Below are positions 1-11,837 of a stretch of 64,000 bases of DNA, one piece after another. The DNA is from Heteronotia binoei (taxonomy: Eukaryota), in contig NC_083234.1 of NCBI RefSeq assembly GCF_032191835.1, forward strand, positions 2,170,001 through 2,234,000, written 5' to 3'. The notes beneath the pieces are model-generated. The model saw only the letters and a list, made by a program, of their open reading frames with translations, was not told the origin of the DNA and did no database searches. Within the stretch, counting starts at the first letter, position 1; each line of letters starts with the position of its first letter. Made by a program: the position numbers and the translations under genes.

Positions 1-403
1 TTGGATCAGGCCAGTGGTCCATCCAGTCCAACACTCTGTGTCACATAAGAACATCAGAGAAGCCCTGTTGGATCAGGCCAATGGCCCATCCAGTCCAACA
101 CTCTGGGTCACATAATAACATAAGAGGAGCCATGTTGGATCAGGCCAATGGCCCATCCAGTCCAACACTCTGTGTCACATAAGAACATAAGAGAAACCAC
201 GTTGGATCAGGCCAATGGCCCATGCAGTGTAACACTCTGTGTCACACAGTGGCCAAAAAAGTCATATATATATACACACACACATACATACACGCTGTGG
301 CTAATAGGCACTGATGGACCTCTGCTCCTTTTTTTATCTAACCCCCTCTTGAAGCTGTCTATGCTTGTAGCCGCCGCCACCTCCTGTGGCAGTGAATTCC
401 ATT
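1..403 (-). mobile_element. CR1 LINE 3' end with tandemly repeated 67-bp terminal unit
   Basis: 185-403 is the reverse complement of the CR1 ORF2 end/3' UTR ([24 protein letters not shown]) seen at about 16030-16240. TTGGATCAGGCC recurs at 1, 68, 135 and 202. Confidence 0.9.
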
Positions 404-423
404 TATTTGTCTTTACCACTTAC

Positions 424-817
424 TTGTTTAAAACAATTTCCATGGGAACGCCAGGCTTGACAATGGCTATCTTCATGGACTCACTGCCCAAGTCCACGGA
501 CATCACAGCCAGCGAATCTGCCACACACACGGAAAGGAGAGGGTCAAATCCAGGGGTGCCTCTCCCGCATCCCGTCCTCCTGTGCCTGGACAGGCTGCTT
601 CTTCCCAGGCGGGCTGTGCCGTCCAGGGGCCAGTGCCTCCCCCGGGGCCCAGCCCACCACCCGCAGCTCTGCCCGGGGCGGAAGGAAGGGCCTCTCCCGG
701 CCTGGGCGGGAGCTGCTCCCGGGGGCGGCCCCGCCGGGGCTCCCACCTACCCGAGCGGCGGGCCATGCGGGCCAGCAGGAGCAGCAGCAGCAGGGCGGCC
801 GAGGGCCAGCGGGCCAT
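424..817 (-). CDS. HYOU1: Hypoxia up-regulated 1 (GRP170/ORP150), first two coding exons; gene continues beyond the left edge
   Basis: Coding exons 817-751 ([23 protein letters not shown], signal peptide, G|GTAGGT donor) and 517-424 (94 nt, [35 protein letters not shown] acceptor, GTAAGT donor). Phases join, and the second exon matches the HYOU1 N-terminus. Confidence 0.95.
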
Positions 818-1018
818 CCCGGCAGAGGCGGCGTCCTGCGGGCGAAGGGGGAGCGGAGCGGAGCTGAGCGCCGGCCGGGAGACTCCCTCCTTTTCTCCAG
901 GGCGGGAGGCGGGGGTCTCTCCGGGAGCCTCGGAGCGCGGGAAGGCGGGCAGGGGCGGCCGGCCGGCGTCTCTCTCGCTCTCTCGCTTCTTCCGCGGCGG
1001 AGCCTCCTCCAGCGAGCA

Positions 1019-1240
1019 CGCGGCGGCGCCTGATTGGCCGGCCGGCCGCACTCGCTCGCCATTGGGCCACGTCGAGGCTCCGGCCGGCCCCGAGCGGGGG
1101 AAGGGGGCGGGGCGCCGCTGGGCGCGCTGCCAGCTCCTGAGCATGCGCAGTCGCCTGCTCCGGGCCGCCACACTACAACTACCGTCACCCCGCGCGCCTA
1201 CGTCACATGACTACTCCCCGGGGCCCGGCAAGATGGCTGC
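1019..1240. promoter_or_regulatory. HYOU1/VPS11 bidirectional CpG-island promoter with ER-stress and CLEAR/M-box elements
   Basis: Exact ERSE-II ATTGG-G-CCACG at 1061-1071. ERSE-like CCAAT-N9-CCGCG on the minus strand at 1037-1019. NRF1-like GCATGCGC at 1141-1148. GTCACATGAC (M-box/CLEAR variant) at 1202-1211. YY1-type CAAGATGGC over the VPS11 ATG. The two ATGs are 416 bp apart, head to head. Confidence 0.8.
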
Positions 1241-4200
1241 CTACCTGCAGTGGCGGCGCTTCGCCTTCTTCGACCGGGAGACGGTGAAGGAGCGCGCGGG
1301 GCTCGATGGCGGCGGCAGCAACAGCCTCCTGCTCCTGCCGCCGGGCATCGCGGTCTGCGACTCGGGCCGGGGCAGCCTCGTCTTTGGGGATATCCTTGGG
1401 GCGGCGCCGGTGCCGCTTGGGCGGAGGGGCTCCAGGAAGGCCGCGCCCAGGGCTGGGGAAGGAGGCTCGCGGGCAGCAGCCTCCCTGGGGGCCGCCGGTG
1501 CAGGGCTGATGGGGCAGGGGAGGGGAAGCAGGCTGCTTGGGGGAGGAGGGGTGGGAGGCCTGCTTCTTGACTGCTGCTCTTCAATCCGGAGAGGGCCTTA
1601 ACTGAAGCCTACATATGGAAGGCCAGATATGGTTCCTGCCGCGGTCCCTGGAACTCAGCAGCTTTCAGGCTTATAAGCTGAGAGTGACTCACCTCTATCA
1701 GTTGAAGCAGCACAGCATCTTGGTTTCCGTTGGGGAAGACGAAGAAGGTATTAATCCTTTGGTAAGTTGAGGAGGGTAGAGGGTCTGCAGGTTCTTCCTG
1801 CCAGACTAGCTATTGCAGGGGAAGGCAGGAGTGTGGCTGCAAACAACAGCAGCAGCATGCTGGTGTGGCTGGATCTGGATGCAGGAGACCCAAGTTCCAG
1901 CCCACTTCTGTCATTGAACTGGTGGGATATCCTTGAGTCAGTTGTACGTGCTCAGTTTAACGTACCTCAGAGACTGTTCTAGGGGTAAAAGGCAGATGCC
2001 ATCCTGAACTTTTTGGAGGAAGGATTAGGTAAATGGGGCCTCTGGATAGGTAAACTTTGTTCTGAGGTTCTGTCAGGTGGAGCAAAGAGTCATCTTTTGA
2101 GGACACTAGCAGTTAACTTTCAGTACAACAGAATTACTTGGGGAACATGCTGTCCTTAAACCAGTTTCCTTGTGATGCTATGCAGGTCAAAGTTTGGAAT
2201 CTAGAGAAACGTGATGGTGGGAATCCTCTGTGTACTAGGATATTCCCTGCAATACCAGGCAACAAGCCCACGGTTGTGTCCTGTCTCACAGTCCATGAGA
2301 ATCTGAACTTCATGGCTATTGGTAAGTAGAAGCAAGGCTGGTGCTTCTACTGCAGGATGTGCTAGTAAAGTGGAAAGGTATGGGGGAAAGCTTCTGGGTT
2401 TGAGCAATACTTTCACTTTCCATGTTCCTGTAATTGAACTTTTAGACTGTTTTCTGTGGATAGAGAGCACTAGATGTTCTAGGGTTGCCATGAGAATACA
2501 GTATTCTCTTTCCCTCTGCTTCCTTAGGCTTCACAGATGGGAGCGTTGTGCTTACAAAAGGAGACATAACACGAGATCGGCACAGTAAGACTCAGACCCT
2601 TCATGAAGGCAGTTATCCAGTTACCGGCCTTGCCTTCCGTCAGTCTGGCAAAACAACACATCTGTTTGTTGCTACCACTGAGAGTATCCAGGTACGATGT
2701 TGGGTTGATTGGGGAAGAGATCAAGATGGCACAGTCTGGGTCACCTATTATTCCACCTAATGAGTTTCATTGTTGCCTTTATCTGGTTGACTTTATAGTG
2801 CTACACACTTTCTGTGAAGGATTATCCGCGACAGGAATTGGATATTCGTGGCTGTGGGCTGCGCTGCTCTACTCTGAGCGACCCCTCCCAGGACCTCCAG
2901 TTTATTGTAGCAGGGGATGAGTGTGTGTATCTGTATCAGCCTGATGAGCGTGGGCCATGTTTTGCTTTCGAGGGGCAGAAGCTTATTGCCCATTGGTATC
3001 GGGGCTACCTTGTCATTGTGTCCAAGGACCGGAAGACCTCTCCAAAGTAAGGCTCCTTAGGACAGACTTGTTGTAGATTTGTTGTACTGCCTGTCTGGAG
3101 TGGGGTAGAGAGAGGCCAACTATCTTTATATGTTTTTTCATGTTCTCATTGGACGCAGAGCCTGAGGATATGAACCCAATATTTTGTTCCTTCTGGCAAG
3201 AAAGCAGTAAGAACTGGTGGAGTTTTCTTGGCTTTCTGCCACTTGTGAGAAAGGCCCTGTCCACAGGCAGTGCGACTTCTCCTGGGAGTGTTGCATGGGA
3301 TCTACCCCAGGAATCCCAAGATGAAGGCCTGCCCCAGCATGACTTTCTCATGTGGTGTCCTGTTGACCGTCATTGGTCAAGCAGGTGTCCCAAAATCATC
3401 TTCAAGGAGGTATTGTTGAGAGTAAAAATGTGGAGACAAAATGGCAAAATTTGAACACTTTCTCCTGCGTATTTTTCTGGGCACTTAACAAAGAAAGGCT
3501 TTCAAACTCTTACGAATTTTCCCCCTTTTGGAATGATTGACAGGGCAGTATAAGGGCAGGGTGTTATACAAGAATGTTCATACTAAACATTTTGAGTAAT
3601 GTACTATTAGAAAATTGATACTTTATCTCTGAAAATGGGTTCTTACTGCTGGTCATTAAGACTCCTGATAAATCAGAGTTTAGTTGCTTCAGTAATAATA
3701 AACAAGCTTGCCCCTTATAAGAGCAACTGGTCATCACAACATGCAGTGCAGTGAGATCTGGGAATCAAGACATTGAAGGCAAGAAGGCACAAACAGGCAC
3801 TGCAGAGATGGTAGATGTGAGGGGAGGGGATTGTGCAGGGAATGAGGAATGGGAAACTGCTAGGTTAAGTGCAAAGTCTTGCATGTGGAGTGTCTAGATT
3901 TCCCATCTGTGGGCAGAAGCCTGCTGCATTTGCCTGGAAATGCTGAGGTTAGTAGACCAAGAATTGCTCAGGCAATGGATATGGAAAGTTCTTTCAGAGG
4001 AAATACTCACTTCTGTGCTGTGACGGCTTATGAACAGTGGGGCTTTGGGGGGGTCAGGGTTAGAAATGTAGGGAAACTCTCCTTGTTTATTTGTGCTCCA
4101 GGTCTGACTTTGCTGCGGGTGACCCACAAAATTCTGACAAGCAAATCCTGAATGTTTATGATCTCAGCAACAAGTTCATCGCTTACAGCTCAGTCTTTGA

Positions 4201-7200
4201 TGACGTGGTAGACGTCCTGGCTGAATGGGGATGCCTCTATGTGCTGACTAGAGATGGCAAGCTCCATGCGTTGCAGGAGAAGGATACACAGACCAAACTG
4301 GAGGCAAGGGGGCTCATGGCAAAAGTGTCTGGGGCTTGCTGCTTCTGGCAGGAGCTGTGGGCTGGAACCTCCATTCAGAGGCCTGGCACTCCAGTACCCC
4401 ACCGGGAGTTATCAAGGGGTATGGTGCAGGCCATCTGAATCAACAGCTTCTTTTCCCACTCAGCAGATGCTTTTCAAGAAAAACCTGTTTGAAATGGCCA
4501 TTAACTTGGCCAGGAGCCACCACCTAGACAGTGATGGGCTTTCTGAGATCTTCCGCCAGTATGGTGACCATTTGTACAACAAGGGAAACCATGATGGGGC
4601 CATCCAGCAGTATATCCGGTAGGCAAGGGGCAGAGGAGGCTGGCATGTTGGCGGGAAGACATTGGAGCACCACAGAAGTGGACTCTGTGTCTGAGGGCCC
4701 TGCTGCCTTTCTTGCAGGGGTCCTTTTGCATTCCCTTCCTGAGCAGGTATAATAAAGCTGAGGAAGCATTGCCTGAAAAGAGAAGGAATCATGCAAAGGC
4801 ATGGTTTGCAAGTTGAATCAAAACTGTCCTTTTTCTATGTGGGTGCTCAGGAGTTCTGACATGGTGGGGAACATGGACAGGCAGACCTGCAGCTCACCTC
4901 TGAAGGGAGAGAGGCCTTGGCACTGCGGGCAGAGCATCTGCTTTGCATGCAAAAGATCCAGGTGTTCAATTCCTGGTATCTCTGTTTTGTTTTGAATCAG
5001 TTTGTAAGTGATAGTAAGACTTCTTCCCAAAGCCCTTGAGAATTGCTGCTAGTTAGTGTGTGGAGGAAGTACTCTACGGAGCATGCCCGCTGCAGGGATC
5101 TGTCAGATCTGATAAATGCGGATTTTGATACACAGCCTCCCTCTGTCATGCCGTGACTGCAGTATTCAGGCCCTGCACAGTTGGAGGCGGGGTGCTGGGT
5201 GCTGCCTTCTGAGTTGCGCCTTGCAGGGTTGGAAGGCTTCTGCAGGAGCCTAAGGAGACCCCTTTCTCCCCAGGACCATCGGGAAGCTGGAGCCCTCCTA
5301 CGTCATCCGCAAGTTCTTGGATGCTCAGAGGATACACAACTTGACGGCCTACTTGCAGACACTGCACTTGCAGTCCCTGGCCAACGCGGACCACACGACG
5401 CTGCTGCTGAACTGCTACACCAAGCTGAAAGACATCACCAAGCTGGAGGAGTTCATCAAGGTTGGGTGGGGCTCCCTGGGTGCCAGACTCTGGTGTCAAC
5501 TTCAAGCGCCTCCCCGGAGCCTCTTGGCAGGGGGGCTCCTCGGGCAGGACAACCCTTTCTTTGGCGCAGGCAGGCGCGCAGCCTTGTTCCTTCCCTGAGG
5601 CCTTTCCTTTGTCTTCCAGGAGATGGTGTTTATAGCTCCGAATCTAGAATGGGAGTGGGGTGGCTGGTGAAGGGCAGGGAAGCCAAGGCACTCTTCCTGA
5701 GGTGGTCCTGGGGGCATTTTGCTCCAGACACCAGGAGGTGGGTGGTGGTGGTGGTAGTTCGTAGTCCCACCGTGGAAGTGAGTTGAGTTCCTTCTGAGGG
5801 CTGCATGAGGGTTGCCTTGCTCTGTCTTCCCCTGTAGACAAGTGAAAGCGAGGTGCACTTTGACGTGGAGACGGCCATCAGGGTGCTGCGGCAGGCAGGC
5901 TGTTATTCCCACGCTGGGTACTTGGCTGAGAAGCACGCGCACCACGAGTGGTACCTGAAGATCCAGCTGGAGGACATCAAGGTGATGAGCTGCCCGCCTG
6001 CCTGCCTGCCTGTCCTTTTGACACTCCTGGGGGGGCAGGCGGCTGTGTTCTTCCTTTGGGCCCTGTGGTTATCCAAACTGGGGGTGGAGCCTGCTGCATC
6101 CCATCTGCAGGGCACCAGAGCGGGCACCTTGCCAGCCTTCAGCACTTCTTTAATTGGCCTTTTACAACCTTCGTGATATGATATGATAAATTTATTGTCA
6201 TTGTTCTCAAAAAAGGAAAATGAGAGCAACGAAATGAGGTGCTCTTCCACAAACATACCAACACATCAACACTAAAGAAAAAAACATATACATAAACCAC
6301 TTAAATACATCTAAAAAAATACATCTAAAACATTGTGGGGCTCAGGGCTGGAGATGGCTAAACCCCCATTGCTTTCGTCTCCTACTGGACTGGATCTGGG
6401 CCAGTGCTGGGCTGTGCAAGAGCAGCGGCAGGATTGCTGCTTCGTTCGATCCCCCTCCTCCCACCCCGGGGGAGGCAGCTGCTTGGGCACGTGGTCAGCT
6501 GCCGGAGGGTTCAATCCTCTTGCGAGGCAGAGCCTGACCACAAAGCCTCCTCCTTGCAGAACTACCAGGAGGCCTTGCACTACATTGGCAGGCTACCCTT
6601 TGAGCAGGCTGAGAGCAACATGAAGCGCTACGGCAAGATCCTCATGCATCATGTCCCCAAGGAGACCACTGAGCTCCTGAAGGTCCTGTGCACAGCCTAC
6701 CGGCCAGCGGGGAATTCTGAGGGGCTGGCAGTTCCCGAAGGGCGGAAGGTACACCCTGCAGCCAGCGCAAGAAGTCCCCTTGTGGGTCTGCGGGAGGGGG
6801 AGGGAGGAGCTGAGGGCAGCTGGCACTGAAGCTCTGAAACTGGTTTGTCTGTTCCGTGGGCAGCAAGGCAGGGCTTTGGGGTATGGGGGTGGGTGGCTTG
6901 GCATGGGAGGCTCCCTGGATCCTTCCTGCTGGCTCTTCCTGCCCTCCTTCTCGATGCTCCAGTCCCTCATTGTGGCTGTTGGAGCGGGTCCGGCGATCCT
7001 CAGTGTAGCCTTTTTGGCAGTTTCACTAGTAGGAAATAGGTCTGGATGTGACCCACTGTCTCTGGAGCGTCCCAGCTGCTGCTGCCTTCCCTTCTTGCTT
7101 TCCAGGCCAGCCCGGAGGAGTTCATCCCCATTTTTGCCAACAACTCCCGGGAACTGCGAGCCTTCCTCGAGCACATGTCTGAGGTGCAGCCGGACTCTCC

Positions 7201-10200
7201 ACAGGGGGTGTATGACACGCTGCTGGAGCTCCGCCTTCAGAGCTGGGACCACGAGCAGGACCCAAAGGTATGCCTGTGTCTGTGGAGGGGGGGGCTGGTG
7301 GGCTTCTGGCAGCATTCCTACACATCAGTGGGTGTGGAATTGGTAGCCCCCTGCAATACATGAAGCTGCCTTCTACAGAATCAGACCCTTGCGGTCCACT
7401 GAGGTCAGTCTTGTCTACTCAGACTGGCAGCTGCTCTCCAGGGTCTCAGGCAGAGGAAGAAAGGTCTTTCACATCCCCTACTTTCCAGATCCTTTTTTAG
7501 TTGGAGATGCTGCTGGAGACTGAACCTGGGACCTTTTGCAGGCTAAGCAGACGCTCTGCCACTGCGCCATGGCCCCTCCCCAAGCTCCTATCCCCCTTGT
7601 CCTGGCCACAGAGGTGCTCGCCCCCTCCCCCAACTTTGAACCTTTTTTTGTTTTGTAACAGTAGAAAAGAGCAAGAGTCCAGTAGTACCTTAAAGACTAA
7701 CAAAAGTTGCAGCAGGGGAGAAACTGTTGTGAGTCACTGCTCACCTCTTCTTCAGATACCTGTCTTTTCAAGCCACCTGCCCACCCAACCGAGGCAGTAA
7801 ACGATAACACCATTAAATGATGATAAACCTGTTCAGAATTGTGGGGTTTTTAAATTGATTACAGTATTTCTGCTTCACCTTTGTTTGTGGTTCAAGGCAG
7901 CTTGTAATAGATTTTAAAAGTTCAAGTGAAAGCCAGAAGATAACTAACCCCCGATCTTCCCCCTCCCCTCATAAGCACGTGCATGTTTGCGTGTGTGTCT
8001 GAAACAACCACGGGATGGGAGGAGGGCTTGGGGGACTCAGCGAGGGGATGCCAAGCAAAGCAAAGGAGTCCCAAGGATGACCATGAGAGAAGGTGGAAGA
8101 TGAATCTCCCTGAGGAGAAGCAAATTCTGTAACTTACGAGCCACGATTGAGAAGACCCATTCCTGGGTTGCCACTCATCCAGCTTCAGGAGGCGGAGGCA
8201 ACCAAAGCAGGGCCTCTCAAGGTGACCATAGCAGTTGGGTAGGTAAAGATGGGACTAGGCAGTGATGGCTCTATCCATACAGGGCTTTCAAGGTCAGGGG
8301 CAGCACCTTGAATTGGCAGCATAAGTGGAATAAAACTGGAGCAATAAGGTTCCTACAACCTGCTCCAGCCAGAATTCCAGCTACAGAGTTCCTGTTGTAG
8401 ATTCTGGATCCTCTTCCAGGCCAGCCCCACGTAGAATACATTGTAGCAGTCAAATCTGGATGTTTAGGCCAAGCCAGACCACTGATCCATTTTGCCGAGC
8501 ACTGTCTGGTCTGTTCGGTAGCATCTCCTCAGGTTTCAGGCATGGGGAACGGTTATCCCCAGCCCAGTACCCATGACCACGGATGGAGCCGAGCCTGGGA
8601 CTGTCTGTGTGTCAGGCCGGTGCTCCACAGTGGAGCTGAGTGTTCCTTCCCGCCCCCGTCTCCGGAGCCTGATGCTTTTGTGGCTTTGGGTTCTTGGCAG
8701 GTGAAAGAGAAGCTGCACAATGAAGCCATTTCCCTGCTGAAGAGTGGAAGGTTCCGAAGTGCCTTTGATAAGGCTCTGGTCCTCTGCCAGATGCACGGCT
8801 TCAAGGATGGCGTCTTGTACCTCTACGAACAGGGCAAGCTGTGAGTGCAGAGGGGGCGGTGGACCTTTCCCTGTGGGGGGGAGGGGCAGAGGCCTGCCTC
8901 TCACTGGTCCTCTCCCTGGCCCAGGTTCCAGCACATCATGCACTACCACATGCAGCATGAGCAGCACAGGAAGGTGGTGGAGGTCTGTGAGCTCTACGGA
9001 GACCAAGAGCCTTCCCTCTGGGAACAAGCCCTGGGCTACTTTGCCCACAAGGAGGAAGACTGCAAGGAACACATCACGGCTGTGCTCAAGCACATTGAAA
9101 CCAAGAGCCTCATGCCCCCCCTGCTCGGTGAGAGAAGGAAAGGGGCTGGGGGGGGCAGGGCCCCAATTCTGGGAGGGAGGGCAGGCAGGCAGTTGGTGGC
9201 TTCTGGGCCCTTCCACCTGGGCAGCACTAGCCCTTGCTCAGCAGCTGTGTCGAGGGGAGCTGACAAAACGGCAGTTGAAATGAGAGGTGAGGCTGGCCCT
9301 GCTCTCTCTCTCTCCCCCCCCTTTCCTGCGGGGAGCAGCTCCCCAGAGCCCAGCAGTCCCTGTGCCTGGAGGGGACTGTCTAGCCTGCCCTCGTCTGATG
9401 GCTCAGGGTGGGCAGCTTTGCTTGACCCACACAAATACCCGTGACAGGCTAGTTGCACACTGGCCCTGAGGATCAGGGCTAACACAGCCCTTCAGCTGCC
9501 GTTTGCCAGCACCGCCCCCTCCTTTGGTGCATTAATGCTCCAGCAGAACCCCCTCTTGAAGGGCTGGGTTCTAGTGCCCCACAGCAAATGGAGGCCCCGC
9601 TGGAGCACACTGAAAGCAAGGCCTGGCTACTTGTGGAGTGTGAAAGGAAGCAGCCCGGAGAGCAGCAGAAAGCCCAGGTCAGGCTCAAGATGGGCCTGGC
9701 TGCTGTTGGTGTGAGAGGCTGGGAGGTGCAGGCTGGAGCACAGAGAGGCATCTGCCAGCCTTCCCTGTTGTCTCTCCCAGTGGTGCAGACCCTGGCTCAC
9801 AACTCTACAGCCACCCTGTCCGTCATCAAGGACTACCTGGTCAGCAAGCTGCAGAAGCAGAGCCGCCAGATTGAACAGGATGAGCAGAAGATCCAGAAAT
9901 ACCGGGAGGAGACCAAGCGGATCCGCAAGGAGATCGAGGAGCTGAAGAACAGGTAGCTGCAACCCCAGCGGCAATCCTCTGGCAGCAAATTTCACATTTT
10001 AATCCTAGAATCATAAAGTTGGAAGGAATCTCTAGCCGAATTCCCTGCACAACGTAAGAAGTTCACCTTCTTCATTTCCTTCTCCATTTCAAGATCAGCC
10101 TCAGGGGTTTGATCATAAGGGTGGTCATATGGATCACCTCAACTTTCAAGAAGCCCTGAGGGCCCAGTATTTCCACCCGTATCACTTGCGTTGAAGAGTT

Positions 10201-11200
10201 AATTCCTCTTCAGTAGAGATTCCACATGTGCAGCTCTACCCCAAAGGCCAGTGTGTCTTCCTGCATCCAATGTGTTCTCTCAGCAGGCACACTGAAATTT
10301 AGAGAGTATAACGCCTACAACCACCAAATTACGTCTGAGGCGATTATGCTTGATCCGAAATGACAGCAGCTTCAGGGAGGAGGCAGCTGTTGTGGTGTAT
10401 GAACAAAAATGAACATGGGGTTGATGGAGGACAAATATTGCCAGGGCTATCAGAGAAAGGGAATTATTCACATTCTGTGCTTTTGAGGTGTGTGTGTGTT
10501 AAAAGACACATCCAGCTTGTTTGCCAATGAGCACGGTGCCCATAATTAAAACATGGGCTGGAGATTTCCGCAGTGAGGTTGTGGCTGTCTGAAATGTGTT
10601 GCTGGGGAGGTGTGCTGGCTGGTGTCTGACTACCCGGTGTGCTTCCTCCCTCCCTCCCTGCCTCAGCCCCAAGATCTTCCAGAAGACCAAGTGCAGCATC
10701 TGCACGAGCGCGCTGGAGCTGCCCTCGGTGCACTTCCTCTGCAGCCACTCCTTCCACCAGCACTGCTTCGAGAGCTACTCGGAGAGCGGCTCGGAGTGCC
10801 CGACCTGCCTGCCGGAAAACCGCAAGGTGATGGACATGATCCGGGCGCAGGAGCAGAAGCGGGACCTACATGACCAGTTCCAGCACCAGGTGTGTGTGTG
10901 TGTGGCGGGGCTGGGGTGTGGGGAGGAGGGAAGGGGGTAGGGGGCTGTGTGTGGGGGTCCCTGCCTCCCCCCCGCAGCCCCCGACTGAGGCTCTGTCCCC
11001 GTGTCCCCCTGCTGCAGCTGAAGTGCTCCAACGACGGCTTCTCGGTGGTGGCGGACCACTTCGGGCGCGGGGTCTTCAACAAGCTCACGCTGGTCACTGA
11101 CCTCCCTCCAGCGGGCCGAGCCGCCCTCCTCACTGCTGCGGGGCTGGAGGCGGGGCTGCAGCGGGACCTGCTCATCCAGCATGCCAAGCGGAGCACCTAG
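1233..11200 (+). CDS. VPS11: Vacuolar protein sorting 11 (HOPS/CORVET core subunit, RING-H2), 16 exons, 936 aa
   Basis: Exons 1233-1389, 1613-1761, 2186-2321, 2528-2691, 2799-3046, 4102-4303, 4467-4618, 5274-5460, 5838-5981, 6560-6748, 7106-7267, 8701-8840, 8925-9127, 9781-9952, 10667-10889, 11018-11200. They sum to 2811 nt with consistent phases. Peptides MAAYLQWRRFAFFD, DMEGQIWFLPRSL, MLFKKNLFEMAINLA and CSICTSALELPSVHFLCSHSFHQHC match VPS11. Confidence 0.98.
1390..1612 (+). other. U12-type AT-AC intron (VPS11 intron 1)
   Basis: 5' site ATATCCTT at 1390, branch site CCTTAAC at 1596-1602, 3' site AC at 1611-1612. Removing it gives the in-frame FGD-MEGQ junction. Confidence 0.95.
4304..4466 (+). 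other. GC-AG intron (VPS11 intron 6) with tandem CAGCAG acceptor
   Basis: GAG|GCAAGG donor is required for the conserved TKLE-MLFKK junction; there is no GT at this position. Acceptor is CAGCAG at 4461-4466. Confidence 0.85.
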
Positions 11201-11377
11201 CGCCGGGCTGTCAATCTCCCTCCCATTAAAGGGCCGCTCCTCTCTCTCTCTCTCCTTCTTGGGCGGGGCGGGGGGGCGGGGCCCTGGAGCGGAGGGGGCG
11301 GGGCCTGGGTCAGAAACGAGGCGGGAGCGGCGCCTGCGCAAAGCACCGGGGAGGAGGAAGGGGAGGCAGAGGTGCGA

Positions 11378-11423
11378 ATGCCCGCCCGCCACTCCCGCCA
11401 TGGACGCGCCGCCTGTCGTGAGT
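11378..11423 (+). pseudogene. Decayed duplicate of HMBS housekeeping exon 1, inside the VPS11 3' UTR
   Basis: ATG GAC GCG CCG CCT GTC|GTGAGT at 11400-11423 is paralogous to 23837-23860. The upstream ATG (11378) is out of frame here (22 nt spacing versus 21 in copy 2), CCAAT has become CCACT, and the donor context is GTC| rather than GCG|. Confidence 0.7.
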
Positions 11424-11823
11424 GTCCGCTTCCCCTCGCCAGGAGCGCAGCCGTGGGGCAGCCTGGGCCCTCCGAGGGGCTTGGGGGGAGGGGGCTTTCT
11501 TCCTACTCCTTGCGCAAGCTGCGGAGGGAGGCGGGGCGCACCTTGTCGGGGCGTTTGCAGAGAGCTTCGTGGTTCTGGGGGGCTGCTGCTGCTGCTTCTC
11601 CCTCCCACCCCCGGAGCCTTGGGCAGGCTTCCTCGCTTGTCCGCCCGCTTTCCCGGCGGGGCGCCTGCCCCTAGCATCGCTCTCTGCCCCCTAAGCCCGG
11701 GGGGGGGGGGGGGAGTCTGCTGAGGCACTGGGAAAGGAGCGAGGGACGCCTGCAGAACGGTGGGCCTGGCTCCCAGCAGTCAGCCTAGAGAGGGAGAAGA
11801 GTCCCGGAAATGTTGAAGCCAGA

Positions 11824-11837
11824 AATAAATAAATAAA
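11824..11837 (+). terminator. Probable VPS11 polyadenylation signal
   Basis: Three overlapping AATAAA in an (AAAT)n run, about 625 nt after the stop, followed by T-rich sequence. Confidence 0.7.

Noticed and set aside
582-1601. 339-aa ORF extending the VPS11 N-terminus; likewise long antisense ORFs at 33695-34510, 43524-44574 and 61768-62987
   Set aside because: Stop-poor frames in CpG islands. The conserved starts are at 1233 (VPS11), 34324 (H2AX), 43957 (C2CD2L) and 62327 (BACE1).
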